The notes beneath the pieces were generated by a model. That model saw only the letters and a list, made by a program, of their open reading frames with translations, made no database searches and was not told the origin of the DNA. The translations under genes were made by a program, and so were the position numbers. From a virus (taxonomy: Duplodnaviria > Caudoviricetes), in IMG/VR virus record IMGVR_UViG_3300045283_000223, positions 1 through 50,203 of that record: 50,203 bases of DNA; one strand, written 5' to 3'. Below are positions 7,722-18,600 of the stretch, piece by piece (the first letter of the stretch is position 1; every line of letters begins with the position of its first letter).

Positions 7722-9232
7722 TGGCCCGCATAATCCGCACCGATATTTCAACCCCAGCCGATTTCACGAACCAGTGGGAAAGGGACCAAGTCTACAACGG
7801 CCTCGACTGTTGCGTTACCGCCGAATGCCTGGAGGCAATGCTTCCCCAACTCGACGCGCAGACCCAGGCGACCTATGACTTTAGCCGTGCCCTACAAGGG
7901 CCAGCATTGGAGATGAGGTTGCGAGGGGTCCTTGTCGACCCTATTCGCAAAGCCGAAGTCATAGACGAGTTTTATGAGAAGATCGAAATTCTCGAGCGCA
8001 ACCTTGAACGTATCGTGCTGGAGGGCGTTGGCATGGCAGGGTTCAACTGGCGATCGAACCCGGATCTTCAGACCTTGTTCTACGACCGACTGCAAATCCC
8101 CGTCATCAAACGCCAGGGTCGTCCTACCGTCGATCGCACCGCGCGGGAGAAGATGGAAACCTACACCATCGCCCGCCCGATCCTCTCCCACATCAACGCC
8201 ATGGCCGAACTCGGCAAGAAGATTTCGGTTCTCAAAACGGAGATAGACCCAGATGGACGAGTGCGAACCAGCTACAACATCGCCGGTACTGATACGGGTC
8301 GTTTCAGTTCCTCTTTCTCAGAATTTGGTACGGGTGGTAACTTACAGAACGTTGAAGAAAGCCTGCGCAGTATCTTCATCGCCGACCCTGGATACAAATT
8401 CGCCAAGTGCGACGCCAAGTCCGGTGAATCCTTCATCGTCGGCGCGATAGAATGGAACCTGTTCGATGACCCAGCTTACCTCGAAGCCTGTGCTTCTGGA
8501 GACCCTCATACAGCAGTTGCTCGAATTTGTTGGCCAACCCTGGGATGGACCGGAGATCTTAAAAGAGATAAACACATTGCGGAGCAGCCCTACTATCGAC
8601 ATTACACTTACCGTTTCATGTGCAAGAAACTCGGACACGGTTCAAATTACGGGGGAAAACCTGACACTCTCGCCGCACAGACCAAACTTCCAATTGAGGT
8701 TGTTATCGCCTTCCAGCCCAAGTACTTCGCCGCCTTCCCCGGACATCAGCAGTGGCAGCGATGGGTCGAGAACGAGATCACGAAGCGGGGGGTACTTACA
8801 TCTCTCACCGGAAGAAAGCGGTGGTTCTGGGGACGACGAACAGATGCAGATACCATTCGCGCCGCGATAGCATTCGATCCCCAAGGATCCCTCGCCGATA
8901 TCGTGAACACCGCCATGCTCAACATCTGGCGGAAGCATTACTGCATCATCTCCATGCACGACCACGACGCGCTGACATTCATGTATCCCGAACATCTCGA
9001 ATCCTCCATCCTACCCCGCATCATGGCAGACCTCCCCATCCCAATCCCCCTCAAAAACGGTCGCACGCTACAAATCCCCTACGACTGCAAGGTCGGCTGG
9101 AATAAAGGTGACTATGATGCATCAACGAATCCTGAAGGGCTCAGGGACTGGGACCCAGCCGTTGGCGACAACCGAACCCGTGCGCCGCAAGCTGGAATCC
9201 TGGATCGAGTCATTCGTCGAACATACGGATAA
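7721..9232 (+). CDS. polA: Family A DNA polymerase (ExoIII motif + polymerase domain)
   Basis: YNGLDC, GTDTGRFSSS, NLQNV, motif A CDAKSGE, motif B RFMCKKLGHGSNYGG, PQGSLADI, motif C HDHDAL. Confidence 0.93.
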   Translation: MARIIRTDISTPADFTNQWERDQVYNGLDCCVTAECLEAMLPQLDAQTQATYDFSRALQGPALEMRLRGVLVDPIRKAEVIDEFYEKIEILERNLERIVLEGVGMAGFNWRSNPDLQTLFYDRLQIPVIKRQGRPTVDRTAREKMETYTIARPILSHINAMAELGKKISVLKTEIDPDGRVRTSYNIAGTDTGRFSSSFSEFGTGGNLQNVEESLRSIFIADPGYKFAKCDAKSGESFIVGAIEWNLFDDPAYLEACASGDPHTAVARICWPTLGWTGDLKRDKHIAEQPYYRHYTYRFMCKKLGHGSNYGGKPDTLAAQTKLPIEVVIAFQPKYFAAFPGHQQWQRWVENEITKRGVLTSLTGRKRWFWGRRTDADTIRAAIAFDPQGSLADIVNTAMLNIWRKHYCIISMHDHDALTFMYPEHLESSILPRIMADLPIPIPLKNGRTLQIPYDCKVGWNKGDYDASTNPEGLRDWDPAVGDNRTRAPQAGILDRVIRRTYG

Positions 9233-10349
9233 TCTCGAGTCGCCTACGTTGTTCCGTAAGTGGGCGGGGATCTTTACTATCGCGGCGTGTTTGGAGATGC
9301 GGTGTTGGTTGCAAACCTCCTCTCCACTCTACCCCAACCTCTACGTCTTCATCGTCGGCCATCCCGGGGTTGGCAAGAATCGAATCATCCGCGTGGCGAA
9401 GAGGTATATGAATGAGATCCCTGAATTCCACTTTGCGCCGACATCGCTTACAGGGGCTGCTCTTGTGGATACACTGGCAGCTTCTAAGCGCTTTATCGCG
9501 CGTCTTCCTGATCCTCCGCTGGAATACTACAATACAACAATCACTGCCGAGGAACTTACAGCATTTATGCACAAGTATGATGACGAGATGGTCGGACTAT
9601 TGTCGGCGTTCTATGATCCGGATCCATATGCACAGTCGCGAAGGGGAAAGGATATCAAGATCGTCATTAAGCGACCACAAGTGAATTTGATTTCTGGGAC
9701 TACCCCCAGCAACCTGATTGGGCTAATGCCTGAATCCGCCTGGGACCAAGGGTTCACCTCCCGGGTGATCTTGGTCTTCTCGGATGAACGAATCGTAGGA
9801 GACGACTTTGCCGGCACTTCGCGCGAGATGGATGAAGATCTTACTCACGATATTAAACTCATCGGGGCCCTCTCCGGCGAGTTCCGGGTCACCCCCGACT
9901 ACCGCGACGCCGTTAACAATTGGCGTGCCCTTGGAGAGCCGCCCGTTGTTTCGCATCCGAAACTTCTACATTATAAAACGCGTCGACGGGTACACCTGTA
10001 CAAACTATCAATGGTCGCTGCGGCGGATCGTAGCGATGTACTCCTTCTCACGAAGGACGATTTCAATCGTGCTATGGGTTGGCTCTTGGAAGCCGAGAGC
10101 GCGATGCCCGATATCTTCCAGGCCGGTGGGACCGGTACTGACGCCCGTGCCATTGATGAGATCCGTCACTATATCTCGGTTGCGGACAAAGGTGATGGAG
10201 TACCTGAATTCCAGATTGTGAACTTCGCTCGGAGCCGAGTGCCGATGCACAGCATCCTGCGGGTGATCGAGATTATGACGGCGTCGGGGCAGATTACGCT
10301 GAAGGGGGTGGATAAGCGGGGGCAGCGATGGTTTAGGCCTTGCCGCTAG
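9108..10349 (+). CDS. DUF3987-like P-loop NTPase, putative replicative helicase
   Basis: ESPTLFRKWAGI, YPNLYVFIVGHPGVGKN, AEELTAF, GTTP, GFTSR; exact start uncertain (9108/9114), overlaps the polA end. Confidence 0.75.
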   Translation: MTMMHQRILKGSGTGTQPLATTEPVRRKLESWIESFVEHTDNLESPTLFRKWAGIFTIAACLEMRCWLQTSSPLYPNLYVFIVGHPGVGKNRIIRVAKRYMNEIPEFHFAPTSLTGAALVDTLAASKRFIARLPDPPLEYYNTTITAEELTAFMHKYDDEMVGLLSAFYDPDPYAQSRRGKDIKIVIKRPQVNLISGTTPSNLIGLMPESAWDQGFTSRVILVFSDERIVGDDFAGTSREMDEDLTHDIKLIGALSGEFRVTPDYRDAVNNWRALGEPPVVSHPKLLHYKTRRRVHLYKLSMVAAADRSDVLLLTKDDFNRAMGWLLEAESAMPDIFQAGGTGTDARAIDEIRHYISVADKGDGVPEFQIVNFARSRVPMHSILRVIEIMTASGQITLKGVDKRGQRWFRPCR

Positions 10350-10768
10350 TGCGCACGCAATAACACCTCAGAGATAATAGCCACCACACCAATCGCACCG
10401 ACAATATACCCACCTATAGCCGCGTAGTTCCTTGTGGTCAGCTGGGCTATGGCCTCTTTGAGGTTATCTATCTTCTCATCGAGGTTGTCGATCTGCTTGG
10501 TGAAGGCGGTCGCAGCCTTATCCGCGGCGAGTTGGTTCGACTGGTTCTGCTGCGCGACCTGTGCCTCAGCGGCCTTGAACGCGGCGGCCAACGCGATGTC
10601 CCGCATCGTGAACTCGGTGGCGACCCCGATGAACTTCTGATCGACAAGTTCTTTGGCCGACGAAAGGCGAATGTCCAATATATTGAAAACCTGTTCCCTT
10701 AGCCGATCGACTGCGTCGGTGGTTAGCTTTGTCGGATCCGGTACGGGGACGGAAGATTCACCGTTCAT
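10346..10768 (-). CDS. Coiled-coil protein with C-terminal TM helix (lysis region)
   Basis: AGGAGG SD; helical heptads then YAAIGGYIVGAIGVVAIISEVLL. Confidence 0.75.
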   Translation of the reverse strand: MNGESSVPVPDPTKLTTDAVDRLREQVFNILDIRLSSAKELVDQKFIGVATEFTMRDIALAAAFKAAEAQVAQQNQSNQLAADKAATAFTKQIDNLDEKIDNLKEAIAQLTTRNYAAIGGYIVGAIGVVAIISEVLLRAH

Positions 10769-10777
10769 CACAGCCTC

Positions 10778-11218
10778 CTAGAACACATACCACAGCGTTG
10801 CCAGTAGCATGGCGGTGATCGATACCAGAGTCGGCCAATAGCCCAAGGCGCGCTGTGTCAGGAAGTGGGTGATACCGACCCGGCCGATGATAAGGAACAC
10901 CGCCCCGGCCACCATCAGCGAGACTTGCGTAGTCGTCATCGCGCCACCACCGCCACCGATCCCGACCCGGCGCCAGTACCACACGGTCACCCGGGTGATC
11001 ACCGCGCCCCAGCCCTCGAACACCAGCATGCCGCTGATCCCAATCAGGCACTGGTACAGATCCTGCATAGTGAAGTCGGTGGCGAATTGCACTGGGCTGG
11101 ACCCACCTCGCACCGCGCGGAACAGATACACCAAGTACACATGCATTGCCACTACCATCACCACGGCAGAAATCGCCGACAGGGTATTCGCATACTCCGC
11201 CACAATCGCCAGGTTCAT
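10778..11218 (-). CDS. Multi-pass membrane protein (about 4 TM), holin candidate
   Basis: Four hydrophobic segments; downstream of the endolysin. Confidence 0.7.
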   Translation of the reverse strand: MNLAIVAEYANTLSAISAVVMVVAMHVYLVYLFRAVRGGSSPVQFATDFTMQDLYQCLIGISGMLVFEGWGAVITRVTVWYWRRVGIGGGGGAMTTTQVSLMVAGAVFLIIGRVGITHFLTQRALGYWPTLVSITAMLLATLWYVF

Positions 11219-11391
11219 GACTCATCTCCCTTGATATAATGCATCGCAATCGCGTGCAGCGGATCCACCTTATGCCGAAGGATCTCCAATCGGTCATCCA
11301 ATTCATCCCCAACCCGCTCCACTCGCTCCAACTCCCGTCGCCGATGCGGCAGCCGGAACACCTTCTCAACAAACCTAACCCAGGGGCTCAT
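11215..11391 (-). CDS. Hypothetical protein (58 aa, MSPWVRFVEK...)
   Basis: ATGA coupling on both sides. Confidence 0.6.
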   Translation of the reverse strand: MSPWVRFVEKVFRLPHRRRELERVERVGDELDDRLEILRHKVDPLHAIAMHYIKGDES

Positions 11392-11591
11392 TGTGATTTC
11401 CCATTTAGTCTCCGGATCGCGAGATTGGCGAGCTTCAAGGCTTCGCTTAATCGCTGCTCGGACTTTTCCCGTGATTCCTTCCACTCCCGGGCGATTGAGA
11501 TCCGCTCGTCCCGTTCCAACCATACCCACAGCGCCAACACGCCCACTGCTCCACCGTTTACTATGTACGTGAAAACCTGTTCCAGGGTCAT
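11388..11591 (-). CDS. Small single-TM holin-like protein
   Basis: YIVNGGAVGVLALWVWL then a charged coiled coil, BhlA-like architecture. Confidence 0.6.
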   Translation of the reverse strand: MTLEQVFTYIVNGGAVGVLALWVWLERDERISIAREWKESREKSEQRLSEALKLANLAIRRLNGKSQ

Positions 11592-11616
11592 TGGACAGCA
11601 TTCCTAAAGGCTCCTG

Positions 11617-11648
11617 CGAAAGAGGGAGGGCAGGGGATCCGCCCTCCC
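11617..11648 (-). terminator. Hairpin / weak terminator
   Basis: GGGAGGGC...GCCCTCCC 8-bp stem followed by TCTTTC on the - strand. Confidence 0.4.
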
Positions 11649-11657
11649 ATGGAGTGG

Positions 11658-11969
11658 TTAGTTGGTGATGGGGCCCATTGGAGGGGTCGCTGCCGCTCCC
11701 AACGTGGGTGAGTTCGGCTGACCGGAAGTGAGGTGCTGAACCAGTTCGATGAACGATGCCAGCACATCGCCCTTGTTGTTCTTGGCGATGTCTTCCAAGG
11801 CCCGCTCGATGAATGGCGCGGCCATCAACACAAACGGCTGCACCGAGGCGATGATCGGGGCCGCACCGGGCACAAACATCCCGACCCCAGCCGCGATGGT
11901 GGGCTCGATCTTCATCACTTCCTTCACGACGTTATCGGCGGTAGTGGCGACGGTAGCTGCATCAACCAT
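11658..11969 (-). CDS. Hypothetical protein (103 aa)
   Basis: AGGAG SD before ATG 11969. Confidence 0.7.
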   Translation of the reverse strand: MVDAATVATTADNVVKEVMKIEPTIAAGVGMFVPGAAPIIASVQPFVLMAAPFIERALEDIAKNNKGDVLASFIELVQHLTSGQPNSPTLGAAATPPMGPITN

Positions 11970-12024
11970 AGGTTTCTCCTTTGCACCCGAGGAAACATCG
12001 ATCGGCCCAGGGTGCCGGGCCGGA

Positions 12025-12672
12025 TCAAAGAGGGTGGTCAAACATGGCGCATTCAGCAGCACGGCGCTTAACCAAGGCCTGAAGCACTACACCACCAGCA
12101 TGGACATATTGCATAAGGTGTGATTTAGCTTCTTCATACTTGCCCTGTTGAAGTAAGGTGCCAAGCTCTTGATGCTCCCAACCTGTGCCGAGGTTGAATA
12201 CTGCATCCACCATGCCCTGCTGAACGCCGATTGGGGCATCAGGGATGAACTTGTGCATGGCCGCAACAGCCTCAACGATCTCAGCCTGAAGTCGAGTCTC
12301 AGCTGTGGCCTTGTCAATGACCTCGGTGGAGCTAAGGGCCTTGGTGCCATAGCCGTTGGTGTATTGCTTGTAGTCCCATTTGGCTTTGGGCTCGAAGCCT
12401 TCCTGAGCCTTGACGAAGTCGATGAAGGCTTGATCGACGACTGAAGAGGCAGTGGCGGGTTCAGGGGCAGGTAGTGTTGGCGTTGGCACCAGCTTGGATA
12501 GGATCGACGGCTTGGCTGGGGCCGCGGGTTCAGCCGCGGGTAGCTTCCCTCCCCCAAGCAGCACAATCTTCGCCAGATCATGCGCGATGGTGAGGGCGCG
12601 GAGGACCACCACCAGCATTCCGAGGAAGATAACCAATACCGTCGCCGGCCAGATGTATTGTTCAATCGACAT
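12025..12672 (-). CDS. Endolysin, GH24 lysozyme with N-terminal TM (SAR-like) and Pro/Ala linker
   Basis: QEGFEPKAKWDYKQYTNGYGT, DAVFNLG, YVHAGGVVLQALVKRRAAE; N-terminal WPATVLVIFLGMLVVVL. Confidence 0.88.
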   Translation of the reverse strand: MSIEQYIWPATVLVIFLGMLVVVLRALTIAHDLAKIVLLGGGKLPAAEPAAPAKPSILSKLVPTPTLPAPEPATASSVVDQAFIDFVKAQEGFEPKAKWDYKQYTNGYGTKALSSTEVIDKATAETRLQAEIVEAVAAMHKFIPDAPIGVQQGMVDAVFNLGTGWEHQELGTLLQQGKYEEAKSHLMQYVHAGGVVLQALVKRRAAECAMFDHPL

Positions 12673-12683
12673 TCGTTGGTTCC

Positions 12684-15600
12684 TTAATGATGCCGTTGCC
12701 ATTCATCGAAGGTTTTGGCATGACCCTTCAATGTACCGTAGCGTGCACCAGCCAGCCAGCCCCAGGGGCCTTTGGGTCGCTCGGTGCCAGTGGCGACGCC
12801 ATGGCCGAACTCGGCAACTCGGCCGACCTGCGAAGGCACTACCCCGGACAAAGACCCAAGCAGAGTCGCTCCGTCCTTGATGATCTTTCCGGCATGCTCT
12901 CGGTTGAATGGCCCCTGCTTGCCGAGATCACGGGCGACATCGGTCATGGATTTGCCGAAGGTGGAGATCAGGCCGACGGATGGGTCGCGGCTGTTGAGGA
13001 TGGCGGAGGCGATGTCGCGAATGCCGACCCATGAGGCGCCGAGGGTGAAGGCAACGCCTTTGGCCGCCTTCTTGCCCCAGGATTCGTTATCGGTCGACAT
13101 GAGTGGGGTGACCATCTCCTCGATCAGGGCTGGGGCCAGGATGTAGGCGAAGAGCATGGAGGTAAGCTCCGGCGCCTGTGCCATTGCTTGACGGTACTCC
13201 CCATCCTTGACCATGTCCAGGGCCTCGCCGGATTTCCACAGGAGTTCATATTGCCGGTTCATGATGTGGTTGAAGAAGCCATAGACTGACGCGAACCATT
13301 GGCCAAGGGCGCCCCCACGCATGACGGTGGACCGGTTGGTGATGGCGACGGAGCCATGGGCCCGACGGACCGCGCGGTTGGCATCGTAGACGGCGTCGCC
13401 ATGGACCCCGCCGTTGTCGGCGAGGGACTTCTCATATTGGGCCAGCCAAGTCGGAACGGCAGAGAGAAGGTCAGAGATGGCGACTGGGGAGGCAGAGAGC
13501 CGTTGGATGGTGGCGCGGAGGGAGGCATAGCCGGTGTTTGGCATTAGCATCTCACTGGCCCCGCCGAGGGTCTCGACGTAGTTCTGATGGCGACGCTGGA
13601 GTTCTTCCGACTCCTTCATCGCGAACTGCCAGTTGGATTCACTAGTGCGCTCGTTGATGGAGACCATTCCCTTTAGCGCACGGAGGAAGTTGATCGTGCC
13701 GACTTCGTGGAGGGATTGGGCTAAGGCGGTCGGGCCGTGCTTGAGTACAGTGCCAGGGTTGAGGCCGACCAAGGTGGAGACCAAGTTCTGCCGCAGGAAT
13801 TCACTCGCGTTGTAAAACATCCGCTGGTCCTTAGGGACGTAGTTGGCCGCGTTGGCGACATCGACAAGATATGGCACTAGCATATCCCGCCATTCGTTGC
13901 CGAAGTGCTTAGCGATCGCGCCACGGACATCCTTATCGTAGAAGATCTTGCTGGCATTGATCACCGCCGGGCGCATGGCGATGTCGTGGATCATCTGCTT
14001 CATGCGAGCCGGGAGCATGTCGAGGTCGAGCGCCATTGGGCCCACGTAGCCGGTGCGCTGTTTGGTATAGCCATTGGCGACGGTGGCCCTGACAAACCCG
14101 TCCTGCTCTAGCGCGTCCTTCCCCATCAGCTTCTTGCTGGGGCCCTCGAACTCCGGATGCCAGATGACCGGGTAGTACCCGCCGGGGTACACCCCATGCG
14201 GCGTCTGTACCGGCCTAATCGGGATCGACTCGGCAGGAACTCCACTCAGTCCATGGTACATCGTGTCCGACTCGGTCTTGAGATCGGCAAAGGTATCCCA
14301 GATCTTCTGAACCCAATCCCAATCCTCCTTAGTCGCGTGCTGGTGCACCCAGGCTGCCATCGCTGCGGGTTCGACCTTATACCCCTTCGCCATCTTCACC
14401 ATGTTGCCATCATTGCCCATGTTGAGCATGATCGTGCGAAGGTTGCCCCGGTTGAACTTCATCAGGGAATCGGTGCCTGGAACCTTAAACAGCGGATTAT
14501 CCACCCCCTGCTTCAGATCCGCCTTATCATCAACACCCCGCAGCCTTGCCGCGTACCGTTTCTCCATAACCGATTCGTTATTACTAGCATCCACAAGGTC
14601 CCGCATGATGTACTGCTGAAATACTCCCTTCGGGTCATCGCGATCCCAGCGATTGAAAAGATTCTCCATCTGGATGTGTGCTGTTCCGTAAGACCGTAGG
14701 AGCTTAGCAATTGGTGGAGGTATTGGTCCCATCCAGCGACCACCCTTAGCATCGTAGGTCCTTTCTTTGAACTGTTCCAGTTGATCGATCATCTGGTTCT
14801 TGATGACCTTCAGATCGGCTTCCTCACCGGCCCGGGTGATCTTCTGTTCATCGCGGCCGTTCTTAACCAGCGATTTGATTGAGGTGTTCACTCCGTTGAA
14901 TTCATTGGTGGTAAGGGATTCGAACTTGCGGCGAAATCCAGGATCGAACAGTCGATCATCGACTGCGACTTCGCGGAGGTAGAATCCGTTCTTGCCATCA
15001 ACAAACTCTTGTAGTGAATGGTACTCCCCCGCTTGTATCGCGGCCGCAAGATCCTGTACCGACCTCCGCACCGGTTTGCCCACACGGAGTAGGATATCCT
15101 GAATGAAATTGGTATATTGGACATCGATCCCGTTGACCTCCCGCTTGCTAAACCGTTTCGCCACCCTTTCGAACTTGTCGATCTCGTTCTCCAGTTGCTT
15201 GGCCTCACGGGCGAGGGCGGTGGCGTAGTATTGGCGCTGCTTTTGTTGAAAGGCGGTAGCCGGGTCGTTCTGTAGCAGGGCCATTTCAGCGGCCTTGCCA
15301 GCACGACCGGCAGTGGCCATGTAGCGGTCGGAGGACGCAGAGCCGATCGTGGTCTTAGCGAACTCCTGCTTTACCCAGCCGATGATGTCAGCCTTGGTGA
15401 AGGGGGCGGAGGCTTGGCCAGCCTTAAGGCCAAGGGCCACGGTTTCCTCATGGAGGATGTTCAGCTGGGTGTCACCGACCACCTGTTCCTTCACCGCGTC
15501 CATGATGTTGTCGTCGAGCACGCCGTACTTGATCCGCATCTGCCGATCGGTTTCGACATCGGTGATCTTCGATACGAAGTCGCGGGCGTTCATACCGGTG

Positions 15601-18600
15601 GCGGATTTCAACGCGTTGTACTTAGTCAGCTTGTCCACCATCGCGTCACCAGAGCCATAGCCGAACATGTTGGCGACATCGTCCGGGGCGAGGCCGCCAG
15701 GGCCGTAGTATTTGGGTGGGAGCATTGCCTTCTGCTTGTCGGTGAGGAGATCAGCGTCGAGCTTGTAAGCCTGCTTGGTCTGCCGTCCGTAGAGACCATC
15801 ACCGGCAAGGAAGAGATCAGTGGCGACATCAGGGCGATTGCGAATGGAATTGGCCACTTCCTTCCGCAGGTCGACACGATTCGCCTTCCACTCCTTCGTC
15901 TGCTGACGGGCCTGTTGCTTGGTTGCACGATCGGTTGCGGCTTCGATATCTTCAGCGTGCTGCTTCGCGATCAGCTTGTCGTAGGCTTTGAATTGGTCCA
16001 CAGTCATGCCAAGGGCGGCCGCGCGTTCGAAGACGCGGGAGGGATCTTCGGGTGTGGAGAGTTTCACGTCTAAATCATTTAGATTATCCGCTATAATCTT
16101 ACGAGCTTTAGCCAATCTAGGATCATTCTTCATATCTTCAGGCGAAAATGATCCATCGAACTCTTGTAAGGCCGCTCTATGATTAGTGCCTCCTACATTA
16201 ATATAAATATCATCAGCTATCTCTGCTGGAGTTTGATTCTTTAGATGTTGCTCCATTTCTTCCATGGTAGCAGCCGGTCCATTCTCGGCCTGATCTTCAA
16301 GATACTCCGCTCCACGAGAGAAGTGCTTCTCAGTATAGGCAGTGGCCTGCTCGTGGTTCAGAAAATTGCCTTCATGATCAACCCACCCACTATCTTTAGG
16401 ATTTGTGGCTTTAATTTCCATATGCATTTGGCCAACACGACCGACCTTAATTGAACCATCCTCATCAACTATGGCAGGACGCAACCCAGGCGCACTCAGC
16501 TTTGGCTCTAGACCTTCTTGATGATCGAGTATTTTATTGATAATCTCTTCCCATCTCTTATCTCGTGCGTCGAACTCCTTATCAGTCATCTTATCGACCG
16601 ATGCTTTATACCGTTCTATACCCCGCATTGTATCAAGATGATCTTGTACTATCTCTTGTTCTTCTTTGGTTAGATAGTTGTCATTTGAAGCTTTACGTAA
16701 GTCTTCGACAGACAACTTGGTCTCATTAAACGCCCTCGCATCCAACGGCGTCGTGCCCTCTCGCGACCCGATCTCCCCAGTCGACACCTTCTGGAAGATG
16801 TCCTCCCAGGTCGGGGGTTTGCCAAGCATCTGGGCAATCCGTTCGCGAATCGCGTCGAAGAACGCCTTCAACTTGGCGAAGATTCCCTGAACCTCCGGTG
16901 GCATCTGCACTCGACCGGCTTCCCAATCCTTGTAGGAATCGGCAATGGCTTCCTCAAGCTTGAGTGGGAGGGATCCAGTCGGGTAGCGATTGTGGATGTC
17001 GAGGTAGTTCATCGCGCCACCGGTATTGGCCGCACGCTCAAGGGTAGCCCATTCCTCCTTGGTGAAGAAGCCGTAGTTGCGGAGATGGTGGATAGCTTCA
17101 TGCCGCGCAGTACCAAGAGGATCAGGTCCCTCAAGTGCATAGAGAATGATTGGATATGCTTCGCGGGAACGAAGATAGACCCCAGTAGGCTCGATTGGTC
17201 CTGATTGGCCTTGGGCATCGGAGGAGATAATACGTTCCGCAGGGCGAACGGTAACCTTCTGCGGTATGATCCGTCGGAGTTCCTCATTCACCGCATCGAT
17301 CATGCGGCGATCTTGTGCGGCGTTCTCGAAATAGGGTTTGATGTAGGCTTGGGTGCCTTTGGAAAAGGTCTCCCACTGGCCACCTTCCAACACCCGCCGA
17401 AAGTCATCGTGCGCCTCAGCACGCTCCCAGCCCTTTGGGTTATCGAGCTTGATCACCGGCGCAGGCATGGTCATCTCTTTGCCGGCGGCCTCGCGGGCGC
17501 CCGAGACCCGGTGGCCCGAGATGGACTCGGCGTTGGGGAATTCGGCCTTGATCTGGCGGAGCATATCGCGCATTAGGGCTGGGCCAAAGTCGCGTGGGCC
17601 CAAGCCGTTGATGCCAGAGACCATATCGACGTAGAGTTGCTTGCCGCCCTTCTGTTCGCTGATGTTGATATAGCCAACCGGATTGCCCTGTTCGTCGAGG
17701 AGATGGAAATCGTGGAAGCCTTGTAAGGAGGTAAACCGCCCATTGGGATCTGGTAGGTTCTTCTCCATCCTAGCAAGTTGGAGCTTCCGATCGCCAATGG
17801 AGAACATCGGCTCGAGACCGGCTGCGCCTCGGACGGTGGGGACTTCTTCGGGGATGGGGATGGCAGGGGGTTTGGCAGTGTCGGCCTCAGTGCCTAGTTG
17901 GGCTTCCCGCGCCGTGATCCCACCCGGCCGAATCCTCAGGTCATCATGTAGCGCATCCATGACCTTCGGATCGACATGGGTCAGCCAATCGGCAAGCGGG
18001 ATGGAGATGTCGTCGCCGGAGGCTCGAGCGAGTTCGAGCTTGTCGGCGATTCCGGGGACCCAGCCGAGGAGCCCGTCGTCGGGGGTGGGGGTTTTATCGC
18101 CGTAGAGAGCCGCTGCCGCATCGCCTCCAACTCCAATTTCTGCATCAGTGTGTTGAGCGATGAAGTCACGGAAGAGATCCGGTGAACGTTCACGGGTGAG
18201 GGAAGATTGGGCATCGGAGGTAGCCTCCTTGAGTGCGGTGACATCATCGGCGTTTTGCTTCGCGCGGTAGGCATCGTATTCGGGAAGGACGGTGGGTGGC
18301 GGTTCGCGGCCGTTCTCGAGGTAAGGGCGGACGCGCTGGTAGGGGGTGGGTGCATGAACGCCATGGCGACCGGTTAGGCCCATGGCCTCGGCTTCGACCA
18401 AGGCGCCGAGTTCACGGCCGAGGCCCGGAGCGCCTGCGGCCGTAGCGACATTGGCGGCGATATCGGCACCGGTTTCGGCGGTGCCGGAGATCCCGCGCAT
18501 GATTAATTCGATCGGGGTGCCGATCCCAGCGGCGATGGCGGACGCAATCGGGTGGTTCTGGATGTCCTTGCTGGATAGCCAGGACCCTAGGTGCCCGCCT

